A DNA stretch of 63,978 bases, counting the filler, from Stramenopiles sp. TOSAG23-6 (lineage: Eukaryota): the NCBI GenBank assembly GCA_900128565.1. It is 4 parts of 4 records of this genome, joined end to end, with 100 filler letters (N's around TTAATTAATTAA, not from the genome) between each part and the next. Parts side by side here need not be neighbours in the genome. Positions count along the whole stretch, not along the records: positions 34,484 to 51,492 come from LT636084.1; 3 more parts are not named here. The stretch is one strand, 5' to 3'. The translations under genes were made by a program, and so were the position numbers. Of this stretch, positions 34,484 through 46,120 are shown piece by piece. The notes beneath the pieces are model-generated. The model was not told the origin of the DNA, ran no database searches, and saw nothing but the letters and a program-made list of their open reading frames with translations. Every line of letters begins with the position of its first letter. Position 1 is the stretch's first letter.

Positions 34484-37105
34484 CATTTTGGATTGCTTCT
34501 ATTTGCTCCAAATGTTTAGAATGTTCGATATTATTCTGCTCTATTACTGAATGATGTTTATTTTCTATTTTTTGTATTTCTTCCATGTATTCATTCATAC
34601 GAGACATAACACTATTAACTTCTCTCTTGCAAAGTTCATTTTCATCATTAATTTGTATAAGGTACTTTTCATAATTATTTTCGTTTTCTTGTCGTAGTTC
34701 TTTTAGATTATTCGTATTCAACTCAAGATTTTTTTCATGAGTTTCAATACTTTCAATTGTATGTGCTTCCGTCAATTCTTCAACTTCTTTGTTGTGATTT
34801 ATCATCAACTGATCAATTTGTTTTTTCAATTTATTATTATTTTCATTTTGGATTGCTTCTATTTGCTCCAAATGTTTAGAATGTTCGATATTATTCTGTT
34901 CTATCACTGAATGATGTTTATGTTCTATTTTTTGTATTTCTTCCCTGTATTCATTCATACGAGACATAACACTAGTAACTTCTCTCTTGCAAAGTTCATT
35001 TTCATCTTCAAGCTCACATTGAACAATCTTTCTTTTTTCGTTGGTTTCTTTTTTATTTGATGCAACTAGCTCCAAATATTTAATTTTATGAGTGTTTTCT
35101 TCATTCACTAAAGTATGATACATTCGTTCTTTTTCCCTTTGTACTTCATTCATCAGTGTTTCTTTATGTTTTGCATTACATTTTAGATTAGCTGCATGGA
35201 ATTCTTCAGTCAGTCGTTTCAATGCATTAGTTTCACTTTTATGATAATTTTCGGTTAATTCCAGAATGCATTGTTTATGAAGTAAAGAATTATTGATAAG
35301 ATTATTTTCAACATCTAGTTTAGAAGCTAAAGCAGAATCTCGTTGTTGTAGTGCAGATTGTAAACTCGTTTGTAATTCTGAAGATTCTCTCATTGCTTCT
35401 TTATATTGTATTTTTAACTGTGTTTCAACATGTTCAGCACTTTCATAAATCCTTTCTTTTTCTTTGTTAAACTCAATCTCAAGTAATTCTAATCGTCTTT
35501 CTGCATCAGCTGTTTTTTGTTGGAGTACTTCAGCTGCGGAATTTGCTTGTGAAATGAAATCCAATGCTTGATCATTCGCTTCGTGTGCCTGAATGGACGC
35601 ATCCTTGACTTCAGCTTCTTTTTCTTTAATATATTTACGCATATTTTCAATTGATTCCTTTAATATTCCATTCTCTATAGTTATTGCTGAAATGTTCTTC
35701 TTCCCTTGAACTAGAGATAATTGTAACGACTTTTCTTCTAACTGACATGAACCATTTTTCATCTTCAATAGTTCTATATCCTCGTGAAGCCTACTCATTT
35801 CATTTCTGTACGTACAGTATCGGTCCTTTCCACGTTCTCGTCGTCGTTTACATTCAGCTTCACTCTTATTCAATGCTGATTCTAATAACTCAATATTCTT
35901 TGTCGTTTGAATTGTTTTCTCTGCTGATATCCGACGTTCTTTAACCCGTATCAAATATTCAGATTTCAATTTTTTATCGGCTATTGCTAATAATCTCACT
36001 TCCATTTGACGTAGATTTTCTAGTGCATTATTATGATCTAATGATGCTTTACTCATGGCTAATTGATGTTTTTGTTCTACAATATTTATTTGCGTCGCTA
36101 CGGCCACTTTATATATTTCTGATTCCTGAGAATGAAATTCCTTACTCTTATGTATTACATCTTCCTCAAAACTCCTCTGAGAAATCCTTTGTTTTGTTAG
36201 TAAAGTATTCGCATTCATTTCTAGTTGAAGATATTCATTTGCTTTCGCTTGGATCGCAACTTCCGATACTTTTGTGGACTCTAATAAATCTTTAAATTCT
36301 GAGGATAAATTAGCCCATACGTGCTGACGATTGATAGCATCAATTGCAGTTTTTTTTGAACATAAAAGTTGATTTTTTAAATGCACTATTTCTTTCATCA
36401 TTTCTTTGCGTTCATTTTTAAGAATTCTACATTGATCTTGTGAATATTCTGGTGCATTATATTCAGAACGCATTTTCAACGTTGATTTGTCGACAGTTTG
36501 TAAAATATCTACATTATTTCCTTTTTCAGCGTCTATATTTTTGGAGTGGACAGGAAACTCAGTGCTTGAACTGTTTTTAATATTACTCGAATTGGGCTGA
36601 ATTAAAAGTAGAGGAGACCTTTGCCTCAAATTAGATTCGTTAATCAACGTATGATTTTTATTTGCAGTATATATAGTTTGTGGTGTATGATATACGGAGG
36701 AGTAGTCATTTTCATTAGGAGTGACACTTGTAGAAGACGAATCGTCTTTGGAGTCATCAGAAAATGTAAATTCCGTAAATGGAGTAATGGGCGTAACTTG
36801 TGAAAACTCTTTGCCATTCGAATTTCTATTGTGTGATACAGACATTGGCGTAGCCGTTGATTTATTTTGAAGAAAACGNNNNNNNNNNNNNNNNNNNNNN
36901 NNNNNNNNNNNNNNNNNNNNNCCGAGTATTTTTCGGATAACTGTTCCGCTAAACCAACGACACCTACATCTTTGAAGGCTAAAGCGATACGTGGGACATC
37001 ACGAAGTTTTTCTGGGGCAATTTGGGAATAAAACTGTACAAGAAGGTCCTGCAGTTCATCATGCTCACCACTGATATTTTCATTGTCCATTTGTCTAGCT
37101 ATCAT
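34484..37105 (-). CDS. Long coiled-coil protein, 3' truncated; a short N-terminal helical module (LVQFYSQIAPEKL...EKY) probably joins across the gap at 36879-36921
   Basis: Heptad-rich E/K/Q ORF; internal ~160-bp direct repeat (34484-34646 vs 34844-35006). Confidence 0.7.
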
Positions 37106-37261
37106 CTATAATTAAAATTTGTTTGCGTTTTTTTTTGAAGCATTTGAAAATATGTTACCCGGTACTAAAAATAGCCGTTACTCGAAATAACGTCCGTTTT
37201 TCACGTAGTACTTTCCAAAGCATATTATCAAAAGAGCATCTTTTGCAGCAATTACGCCACA

Positions 37262-39573
37262 ATGTCGACGCGTGCANNNNNNNNNNNNNNNNNNNNNNNN
37301 NNNNNNNNNNNNNNNNNNNNNNNNNNNNNNNNNNNNNCCTGAAGTTGAAAGTGGAGTTGCGGCGACAGAAAATCCATTCAACAAATATTTATGACACGAA
37401 AGATGTTCACAGAGACACTTTGTATGATAACGTAGGTAATATCATTAAAACTACAGACAATGAGAACATGACGGTCTCAAAATCATTTCATTGGCAAGAG
37501 AAAGTATTTAGTCCAAAAGAAATTGTTATTTATTCAAAAATGGCTGGTGAAAAATTACAGAAAGAAAAAGGTGTTGGTAATGAGGTTTCTAGTAGTTCAC
37601 ATAGCTCTTTATCAAAGCATTATGCAAACATTTTTAAAGAAAAAATAGATGGTGGTAGAACTCCAATTGATAATGTTTCAAATACAATGATTTTTAATTA
37701 CGTTGATAAAGATGGATACGTTCCAACCGAAGAATATAATCGAACATTTACAACTTCCCGAGGTGAACTAGAAACTCCGTTATCTGAAAATATATTACGA
37801 CTTTCTATGCGTAATTCCAACTCCGCCAATAACATTGTTTTGGAATCAATAGAAGATATAAAAAACGATGCACTTAAACAAAGTAATTTCGATGATATGT
37901 ATACTACTAATCATTTACGACGAGATATACAGTGTAAGTCTATGTATATTCTCGCAGCACTTGACGTGAATAAAGAAGCTTGTAAAACGGCTTTAAACGG
38001 TAGTGAAAGTGACGTGTCGGCACTTGCTTATGAAACACAAGTAATTTGTAGTATAAAACTATATTCATCTAATGGAAAAGTGGGTCGTCTTGATGTGACA
38101 CCTGCATTTTCTACAACTTTATTGGAACAAGAGGAGGAAGAAGTAGATGCTGAGGCAATGGGTCAATCAAGTCCTAGAAGAGCTCGTTTGAGTTTGGCAA
38201 AAGGTACAAAAGATCCTTTAATTGAACCTATTGATGATATTACTAAAGCTCATCGTAATTCTGATGCTCCAGTTGTCGTAATTGACGGCACAAGATGGTA
38301 CAGAATAACCAGTAAATCAGGTATTCGTTATGAATTTTGCATTCGAAATGAAGGTGCCATATTAGACAGGAAAATGGAGGATTTAATAGTACAAAAAGAA
38401 CGACAAAAAGAATTACGATTATATAAATCTTTACGCAATCGTGTTGGTACATCAATTGATGGTGCCCCCCCACCAGGTTATAATAGAATGCATATTTTTG
38501 GGGAGATTGTCTCTGCTATAGATTTTAGTGGTACATTACTTCATGTTCAACACGAACTTATCCTTCCAATAAAAGGATGGGAATGGCCAAACGGCACTAC
38601 ACCTGAAAGAATCAAATCATTAACAGCGGGTATCACACAAGCAGCTCGTGTGATTGAACGACCTCCTGGATATTTATCAAGTATTTTAGAACGAACTGCT
38701 TCAACGGCTGTTGCTCATTTTGCTTATCCTATTGAATTCGAACTATTAAAAGAAGTAAAAGCTTGTGAAGAAAATGATGAATTCGATATGTCCCCACCAA
38801 AACCTTCAAATAATAACAATGACATGAATGCTAAAAATAGCGAATCGAAAAGCTACGAAGCAAAACAAGAATCTGAATATGATATTATTCAATCAATGAG
38901 AACACCCCAAATATTATTTCTTGTATTTTCTGTCGATGAATTAGGTAGGCATCGTGTAGAGGGTTATGGTGGACATGAAATTCCACGAACTCCAGGATAT
39001 TTTGATTTTCGTGTACAAATGTGGAAACCTGAGGCATCAGTGAGAGATCGTATGGCAGAGTTCTTTCTTGGTGGTAATCGCGAACTTGGGGATTTACAAT
39101 TTATTGCATCCCCTATTGGACTAGCTACATTTCTTAACAACTATGGCTTTCAAGTTAAATCAACAGGATATGTACGCATCCGACTAAATGTAGTATGGCA
39201 AGGACGTCCAGCACATGAAGTTGGGGAAACGCCTGTAGGTTCTAGAGCTCATACTATGAAGAATGTTGAAAATACGAAAAATCAGGGTTATATGCATTTA
39301 TTAAGTGGTCTAAAATCAGTGAGATTATCTTCTTCTGGAACACTCCAATCTAAAAGAGCAGCTACACCAAGAGGAAAGAAGAAAACGTTAACTCAGAGTT
39401 TATCAGGGAATAATAAATCTGTAGGGTTAGCAACTTCATTATTGAAAAAGAATCGTTCAATGGATATGGGTTCTATCACTGCTAGACTTGCAAAAATGCA
39501 AAGTATGCGTAAATCTTTGAATTTGTCAAAAAATAATATAGGATCCGATGAAACAAAAAAAGTTGAAAAATAA
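37262..39573 (+). CDS. MKS1: Meckel syndrome type 1-like B9-domain ciliary transition zone protein
   Basis: FHWQEKVFS, IFGEIVSA, VDELGRHRVEGYG, FFLGG and STGYVRIRLNV. The start at 37262 is inferred across an N gap. Confidence 0.85.
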
Positions 39574-39962
39574 TGACTGATAATAATAAAATAGTTTCAT
39601 AAAATCGTTTTCATTTAATTGAATTTGTCACCTTCAGGTTTAAAATTACACTTTGCATGTTTGCATAATAATTTCGTGGGTGATTAAACATATTAATTAC
39701 TAATTACCGGGTATTATACTCCAGAGATCGACATAGTCTATAGACTCTATACATAAAATAATCATACGGCGTAGACTGTGTAGTCTGTACTTGCTGGGGT
39801 ACCTGGTCCTGGTAAAAGATGTCTTGAGTCATCATCATGGCCAATGGTCATTGATTGTTTTTTTTTGTTGATTAAAAATATTCAAAATTCCAATAATTCT
39901 GATTATTTTAGAATTTCTCTCTTGAGTCTTATCTATTTCTTTAGATTCAAACGGATAATTCC

Positions 39963-41030
39963 ATGGCCACTGTTTCTAAATTTGTCCGTCTTTTAAAACC
40001 AACTGAAGCTTTGTCAGCACTTCAGAAAAGTGTTCCACTTTCAGTAAGAAAAGACTGTTTTGCAATGTATTCTAGTGAACTCGACGGAATAACTACTGAT
40101 CCAAGTCTATACGTTGTCCCAATAGATGATCATATGACTACACGGGGTCATGCAGTTTTTGATACTTGTAATGTGGTCGATGGAAATGCTTATGGGCTTC
40201 AATTTCACCTCGATAGACTATTGAAAAGCGCGGAAGCTGCAAAAATCTGCGACGATCAGCATCCACTAAGATTTTCGAAACAACGTTTGCAGAATATTGT
40301 GTTATCTACAATTGCCGCCACAGGTCGCAAAAATGGAGTCTATGTCCGATACTGGCTATCTGTGGGGCGTGGTGATTTCAGTATTTCTCCATCAGGTTTA
40401 CGGAGCCGGGGAGGAAAAGCAAATTTTTATTGTGTCGCTCATCAAGACTATGATAGTCACAAACCTCAGTGTGAGATTGGTTCAACTGGGTTGAAAGCGT
40501 GTACAACAACATTACCCTTGAAACCACCTTTATTATCAAGTACCAAAACGACTAATTATCTGATTAATGCATTAATTCAAATGGAAGCAGATGATAAAAA
40601 TGTTGACCTTGCTATTCAAGTAGATTCAAAAAAACAAATTTACGAGTCTTCTGTGTCTTGTATAGCAATGGTAGATAAAGATGGTGTTCTCTGTGTTCCA
40701 AGACCCGGTCATATACTTGAGAGTACAACAGCAGCTCGTGCATTTAGTTTAGCCCCTGCTTTAATTAGTAACTCTACATTGAATAGTACTGTTAGAAGAG
40801 ACTTTAGTATCGAAGAAATAAAAGAATGTAGAGAACTACTGGATATTGGTGGCGGTTGGATTCGACCAATTACTGAGTTAGATGGTACCTTAATAGGAAA
40901 TGGGTTATCTGGTCCAGTGGCTTGTGGATTAGAGATGTTATTGATGGAAGACATGAAGACATATGAAACACTAAAGATACCATATGAACAATTTTTTGAG
41001 GAAACAGAAATCACTAGTTTTGAAGGTTAA
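39963..41030 (+). CDS. PLP-dependent class IV aminotransferase (plant-type D-amino-acid transaminase / ADC lyase-like)
   Basis: AMYSS...GITTDP...PIDDHM..RGHAVFDT, HLDRLLKSA and KTTNYLIN. Confidence 0.88.
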   Translation: MATVSKFVRLLKPTEALSALQKSVPLSVRKDCFAMYSSELDGITTDPSLYVVPIDDHMTTRGHAVFDTCNVVDGNAYGLQFHLDRLLKSAEAAKICDDQHPLRFSKQRLQNIVLSTIAATGRKNGVYVRYWLSVGRGDFSISPSGLRSRGGKANFYCVAHQDYDSHKPQCEIGSTGLKACTTTLPLKPPLLSSTKTTNYLINALIQMEADDKNVDLAIQVDSKKQIYESSVSCIAMVDKDGVLCVPRPGHILESTTAARAFSLAPALISNSTLNSTVRRDFSIEEIKECRELLDIGGGWIRPITELDGTLIGNGLSGPVACGLEMLLMEDMKTYETLKIPYEQFFEETEITSFEG

Positions 41031-41064
41031 AGAGTTTTATCTTTTTATAAATCCTTTTATAATA

Positions 41065-41529
41065 TTACTTCTTCTTTTTCGATCTTGCACGTTTATCTTT
41101 CTTTTTTTGGGTAGACTCCAAAAACGCCATTTGTTTTTCCGCTAATGCTTTCTTGGCTCTGGCAGACAACTCTTTGTTTTTAGTCTTGGAACTTGCTTGA
41201 GCTTTCACAGCTCCAATCATGTGAGTTTTTGCTTTTTTCTTGCTATTAATTGCATCTCTGGTTGAGCCACTAATTTTTTCATAGCCCTCCCTTACACTTT
41301 CAAAACATATTTTTGGATGCTTAGAGTCATAGTGAATCATCATTGACTTTACAGAAGGCTGGTTAGTTTTACAAATAGTGCAGCTCATTAGGATCTTGGC
41401 AGCAGCATTTTTACGTGCAGCGGCACCTGCACCACCACCACCAGCAGCTCCTCTTGCATTCTTAGCGGCTTGATGTTTTGCATTTATTTCCTTTGCAGTA
41501 TGCTTTTGCGATTTGCCCTTACGTCCCAT
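41065..41529 (-). CDS. ZNF706-like small C2H2 zinc finger protein
   Basis: Basic N-terminus, GGGGAGAAARK, and CTICK...MMIHYDSKHPK. Confidence 0.75.
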   Translation of the reverse strand: MGRKGKSQKHTAKEINAKHQAAKNARGAAGGGGAGAAARKNAAAKILMSCTICKTNQPSVKSMMIHYDSKHPKICFESVREGYEKISGSTRDAINSKKKAKTHMIGAVKAQASSKTKNKELSARAKKALAEKQMAFLESTQKKKDKRARSKKKK

Positions 41530-41892
41530 AATTCAATTCCCTCAAGTTTACTTCTCCTTGTCTTCGAGATCCGACCACGTGTGTTGTTTATCGTTGACGA
41601 AGTGACTTGATGAATCACACGAAGCCTCGAGTGTTTTTTGATGATTCAATCAATGATGAAAAGAATTCAAAAATTTTTAATTTTTTTTGACTGCCTCTTT
41701 TTTTTTTTTTCTTTTTTTTTTGCGCGCGATTTCGTGTGTTTGTTGATTGACGCATGATTCATGAATCATGATGACGCGTCTTTCAAAGTTTTCACTTTTT
41801 AAACACAATTATTGTGTAAATTTCTTACTCAGGCTACGTACGAATCTAATCTAAAATTTAATCAGATTAACACCATCCTTTGCCAGAAAGCA

Positions 41893-44157
41893 ATGTCGAG
41901 GCGTCGGAGTAAAATAGGAACATTTATGATTGATATCCAGTTGGTTGCTGACTTTGAAGATTTCAAGGGTTTAGAAGCGCACGTCAGATCATTGGATATC
42001 GAAGGAATAACTTGGGACGATGCACCTGCAAAAATAGGTCAGGATGCATTCGGTGGTGCTCCCACAATGTCATTGAAGCTTAAAGGAACAAAAGATGCTT
42101 CATTTATGGTTGTTGATATTTTAGAGCGCGTGGCGAGTGTGAAAGATGTTGATTTTCGCAAATTAATGCATGTCAAGGTAAAAGAACGAGAGATTGCCTC
42201 TGGAAATAACGCTGAACAGTTTCCGAAAATATCAAAACAAGACACTTTTGAAGTACCCGTTCTTGGTACAGCCGCCCCTGTGACCAAGCGCATACGTCAA
42301 AGATCTGTAAAAGCAGGAGCAGTAGTAACGAAAAAGGGTCGTGCTGATATAAATATATCAGATTCTCCAAAACAGGATAAACCAAAAACTAGAAAAGTAG
42401 AGCGACGAGAAAAGCGTGCTACTGTTAAAAAAATGATAGATCTGTTGGAAACACAGGAAAAACGTATCGCATTACTACGCCGTCAACTTGGCCAACCTAA
42501 AGGTGGTAAAAAGGGTTTGGCTACAGTCGAGGGCCTGAAGCTTAGTGATAAACTTTTTGTAGGTGTTGCTTCGCATGTTTTAGGTTCAGTAGTGACTGGA
42601 TCGGGTAAAACGCGACGAAGTCGTGCACTAAATGACATTGACGACTCTTACATATGGTATCGAGACCCTGGTCGTATACAGGTTGGTATTGGTGATACAT
42701 ATATTCCAACAACACTCGACATCGGTACCTTTCTCTATTGTGAGTGCGAAATCGATTGTAATAAACGATCTAGGAATACAGTTGAACTATCATGTGGTCA
42801 GGTTGAAGTTGATCCCAGTATTTGTGAAATAATTACTGGTATAATATTAGGACATAAGGAACATTTATTTGAAGTCGAATTAAACGGCAATAAAACATCA
42901 AACTCTGATAAATGCGAGTATGAACAATCTCGAGTTCGTTCTGGGTCTGGTGGGATAAGTGATAAGTCAAAACGTAGATTTACAATTTCATTACCTGGTG
43001 CGAGTGGAAATACTAAAGTAGATAATGATGTTGAAACAATAGTTGTAGCAAAAGAAAAGATTAAATATAGAGTAGGTAAAAAGACTGTAGCTAAAATGGA
43101 AGTTGGTTCAAATGTGTGGGCTTTACCTCTAGCAAATAATATGCATGATTTTGTATTAAATATGGGTGATGAACAGTTTATGCTGAGCGCAAAAGAAACA
43201 TCAATGAGAGACGTTGCGGTAATAACAATTAATTCTGTTTGTGGTCGTGCAGAGCTTTCGCGTGTTATAAAAATGGAAGCGAAAAATACAATAGCACGTT
43301 TAGCTACTGTAGGCATGAAAACTGCAGATATGGACTCTTGTGGTGCACGTGGTTTGAAATATAATTATATAGACGAAGAAATATTAGATAGAAAAAGTAT
43401 TGAGAAACGAAAACAAATGGAAAAGGAAACCCAAATTAGTAAATTGATACTGTCTGATTTACGATTAAATAGTAATGAGTTTTCATCTTCAGTATCAGCT
43501 GCCGATTGGTTACTAAATGATGGAATAATTTCAAATGCTGATCGTACATTACTGTTAAAGTTAGTATCAGGTGATGTTTCTTTGCCACCACCAGTGATTG
43601 ATGATTCATGGGAAGAGGAAGATATCATGATGCTATTTGATACAAAAAACAATGTCAATGATGATAATTTAAAGGATGATGATATTGTTAGTCTATTTAG
43701 TGGTAGCGCCGTACTAAATAGTCCAGTTGTAGGAAATCTCACTGGTGATCATCGGCGTAGTATTTCAATAGGTGGGGGATTTGGTTCACTTGCTGATATG
43801 ACGACATCACCAAGCTCATCGCCAATGATTAAAACAATATCACCACCGCCAGTAATTACACCACCAAAAACACCGACAGAGCAGACTAAACATTTTTATG
43901 ATCCAAAGGCTTCGTCACCAGGTGATAACGCCGTTGGTGAAGGTACAATAACTACTGAAACCTTACCAGCATTATATTTAGATGAAAGTAAAACTAGAGG
44001 AAACTTTGTTTGGGATAGACGATCTAAACTTTGGTTTAATCGATCAACGAAGTATTTATTTAATGAAAAAANAAAGTTATATTGTAAGTCCACCGAAGGA
44101 CCTTGGTTCCGGTATGATAAAGAAACAATGGAACTTGTGCAAGTTTCTCCGAAGTAA
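41893..44157 (+). CDS. Multidomain protein: EF1B-GEF-like N-terminus, SCAB/AIR9-like Ig plus PH region, OCRE-like C-terminus
   Basis: LEAHVRSLDIEGITW; YIWYR...TYIPTTLDIG; SMRDVAVITI; aromatic repeats FVWD...WFN...YLFN...WFRYD. Domains recognised by eye. Confidence 0.6.
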   Translation: MSRRRSKIGTFMIDIQLVADFEDFKGLEAHVRSLDIEGITWDDAPAKIGQDAFGGAPTMSLKLKGTKDASFMVVDILERVASVKDVDFRKLMHVKVKEREIASGNNAEQFPKISKQDTFEVPVLGTAAPVTKRIRQRSVKAGAVVTKKGRADINISDSPKQDKPKTRKVERREKRATVKKMIDLLETQEKRIALLRRQLGQPKGGKKGLATVEGLKLSDKLFVGVASHVLGSVVTGSGKTRRSRALNDIDDSYIWYRDPGRIQVGIGDTYIPTTLDIGTFLYCECEIDCNKRSRNTVELSCGQVEVDPSICEIITGIILGHKEHLFEVELNGNKTSNSDKCEYEQSRVRSGSGGISDKSKRRFTISLPGASGNTKVDNDVETIVVAKEKIKYRVGKKTVAKMEVGSNVWALPLANNMHDFVLNMGDEQFMLSAKETSMRDVAVITINSVCGRAELSRVIKMEAKNTIARLATVGMKTADMDSCGARGLKYNYIDEEILDRKSIEKRKQMEKETQISKLILSDLRLNSNEFSSSVSAADWLLNDGIISNADRTLLLKLVSGDVSLPPPVIDDSWEEEDIMMLFDTKNNVNDDNLKDDDIVSLFSGSAVLNSPVVGNLTGDHRRSISIGGGFGSLADMTTSPSSSPMIKTISPPPVITPPKTPTEQTKHFYDPKASSPGDNAVGEGTITTETLPALYLDESKTRGNFVWDRRSKLWFNRSTKYLFNEKXKLYCKSTEGPWFRYDKETMELVQVSPK

Positions 44158-44187
44158 AAATAAATGTTTTTAAAAGTTTGGTAATTT

Positions 44188-45033
44188 TTACGATGTTTTC
44201 TTTTCTACTTTTTCCTTGTAGAGGCATACACCGTAATTTTGAACCACTTTGTCCGCATAATATACCGCATTAAAACAATGTAGAAATGCAGCAAAAGACC
44301 TGTATTGTACGTACATTAGAAGAAAAGAATATATATGTAAGTAACACTGAAAAAGTAATTGATAGTTTAGAAGAAAAGAATAAATATGTAAAACGTACAT
44401 GAGGAATAATTCAATGAATGTTGCTTTCAGATTACCACTCTTAAAATTGATAAAGATAATATAACAACAAAGTTGCATTCCTGGTAGACGCATTGTCAAA
44501 TTAAGCATTCGATTTACTCTTTTTTCAGTCAACCTTTTTATCAATCCATACTTCACACATGAAAGTAGCACATAGTCAATACCTCCAGGTAAGCCACACA
44601 TGAAGAAATTCACAATACTAACAACCTTGCCAAAAGGAAGTGAAACACCAAATATGGGTACTATGATACCGCTAACAAAATGGTGAACAAGGTCTTCGAA
44701 GCTAAGACCTTTTCCACCGAGGAAACGAAGAGTTAATAAGGTATGGTAGCAATGGAAAGCCCCAATTGCTACTGTTGTTGATAAACTTGATATTGAATAA
44801 AGAGGAGAGAATGTATCAAGCGGATTAAGCATCGTTTCCCAACATTCATTCGTACAAAGTATCATAATATATACGTTGAAACAAGAGTGTAACACAAAGT
44901 ATTGAGCTCCTGTTTTCCGAAAAATTTGCTTTACAATAAATATGTCAACTATACCTGTCAAAACAAATATAACACAGAAGAATATGAGCAAATCATTTAC
45001 ATCTATTCCATTTAAAAAAGCATACTGAAGCAT
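44188..45033 (-). CDS. TLC-domain-like membrane protein with an intron at 44300-44398
   Basis: YFVLH, FHCYH, DLVHH, FFMCGLPGGIDY and MRLPG motifs. Confidence 0.75.
   Translation of the reverse strand: MLQYAFLNGIDVNDLLIFFCVIFVLTGIVDIFIVKQIFRKTGAQYFVLHSCFNVYIMILCTNECWETMLNPLDTFSPLYSISSLSTTVAIGAFHCYHTLLTLRFLGGKGLSFEDLVHHFVSGIIVPIFGVSLPFGKVVSIVNFFMCGLPGGIDYVLLSCVKYGLIKRLTEKRVNRMLNLTMRLPGMQLCCYIIFINFKSGNLKATFIELFLMYVLHIYSFLLNYQLLFQCYLHIYSFLLMYVQYRSFAAFLHCFNAVYYADKVVQNYGVCLYKEKVEKKTS
44300..44398 (-). other. Degenerate family intron (GT-AG), 99 nt and in frame
   Basis: cat|GTACGTTTT...CAATACAG|g with an internal ~24-nt duplication. Confidence 0.8.
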
Positions 45034-45375
45034 TTTAATTAATCTTGGAAAACCAAATTCCCCCAAATTTTAATCTCTCTTTTCAGAATTTCAATGATTT
45101 NAGCAGCTACGAGCAGGTATTTATGCGGTACTCGTTAGACGCAAGAATTATAATAATAATATAGCAACGAACAAACTATTTTGTACTTCCACGAACAGGT
45201 AGGTGAAGTATTACTATCATATGATTTGCTGTGTACGTGGATTTCTGCCGTTAAAATGGTGTTACCCGGTAACGAAAAAGTCAGCGTGAAGCTCCCGATA
45301 AACCCATTTGTTGTTTGTTTTGTTCGGTGTTTCGTCGTCTGTATTCCTCGTCATAAACACAAAATTTAAAGTAAA

Positions 45376-45768
45376 ATGGTGCGCATGGGTGTTCTCGCGG
45401 ATTCGCTCCGTACAATTTCTAACGCTGAAAAGCGTGGTAAACGTCAAGTTATCGTCAGACCAGTCTCCAAGGTTTTGATTAAATTCCTTCAGTGCATGCA
45501 GAAGGCTGACTACATTGGTGAGTTCGAGATCGTCGATGACCACCGTGCTGGTAAGGTCGTCATTGAGCTCACTGGTCGCATCAACAAATGTGGTGTTGTA
45601 TCCCCACGCTTCGATGTCAAAGGTAAAGATATGGAAAAATGGATTGCTAACCTCCTTCCTTCTCGTCTTTTTGGACACATTGTCCTCACAACTTCTTACG
45701 GAATCATGGATCACGAAGAAGCAAAGCGCAAGAAGACTGGTGGAAAGCTTCTTGGCTTCTTTTACTAA
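45376..45768 (+). CDS. RPS15A: 40S ribosomal protein S15a (uS8)
   Basis: [11 protein letters not shown]...[15 protein letters not shown]...[10 protein letters not shown]. Confidence 0.98.
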   Translation: MVRMGVLADSLRTISNAEKRGKRQVIVRPVSKVLIKFLQCMQKADYIGEFEIVDDHRAGKVVIELTGRINKCGVVSPRFDVKGKDMEKWIANLLPSRLFGHIVLTTSYGIMDHEEAKRKKTGGKLLGFFY

Positions 45769-46120
45769 GTATGTTTTGTAATAATATTTGCGCTGCAAAG
45801 ATACGTATCTTGGACAATTATTATTGTCGTTGGTGTCGTAAACTCATTTTACTGAGGAACAATTTGGTGTTTGCAAGCCCTAGTATATAACACAACATAC
45901 GATGTTTGATTTTGTTCTACGTTTTTCTGTTGTCTATAACTAGGTACCTTGTGACACCGTCCTTCATATTTACTCTAATGCATATTATGTCTCAATTAGT
46001 GACTTTATATGTATTTATTAATGATTAAATTATGAACTGAGGAAGATTTAATGATTTTTTATTGTTTTTGTTTTCTTTCTAGAAGTTTTTTAGATTTTTT
46101 AGATAGACACGCTCTTACTA

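Noticed and set aside
41753-41770. 18-bp perfect palindrome CATGATTCATGAATCATG in a divergent promoter
   Set aside because: It occurs once and has no supporting context beyond a possible transcription factor site.
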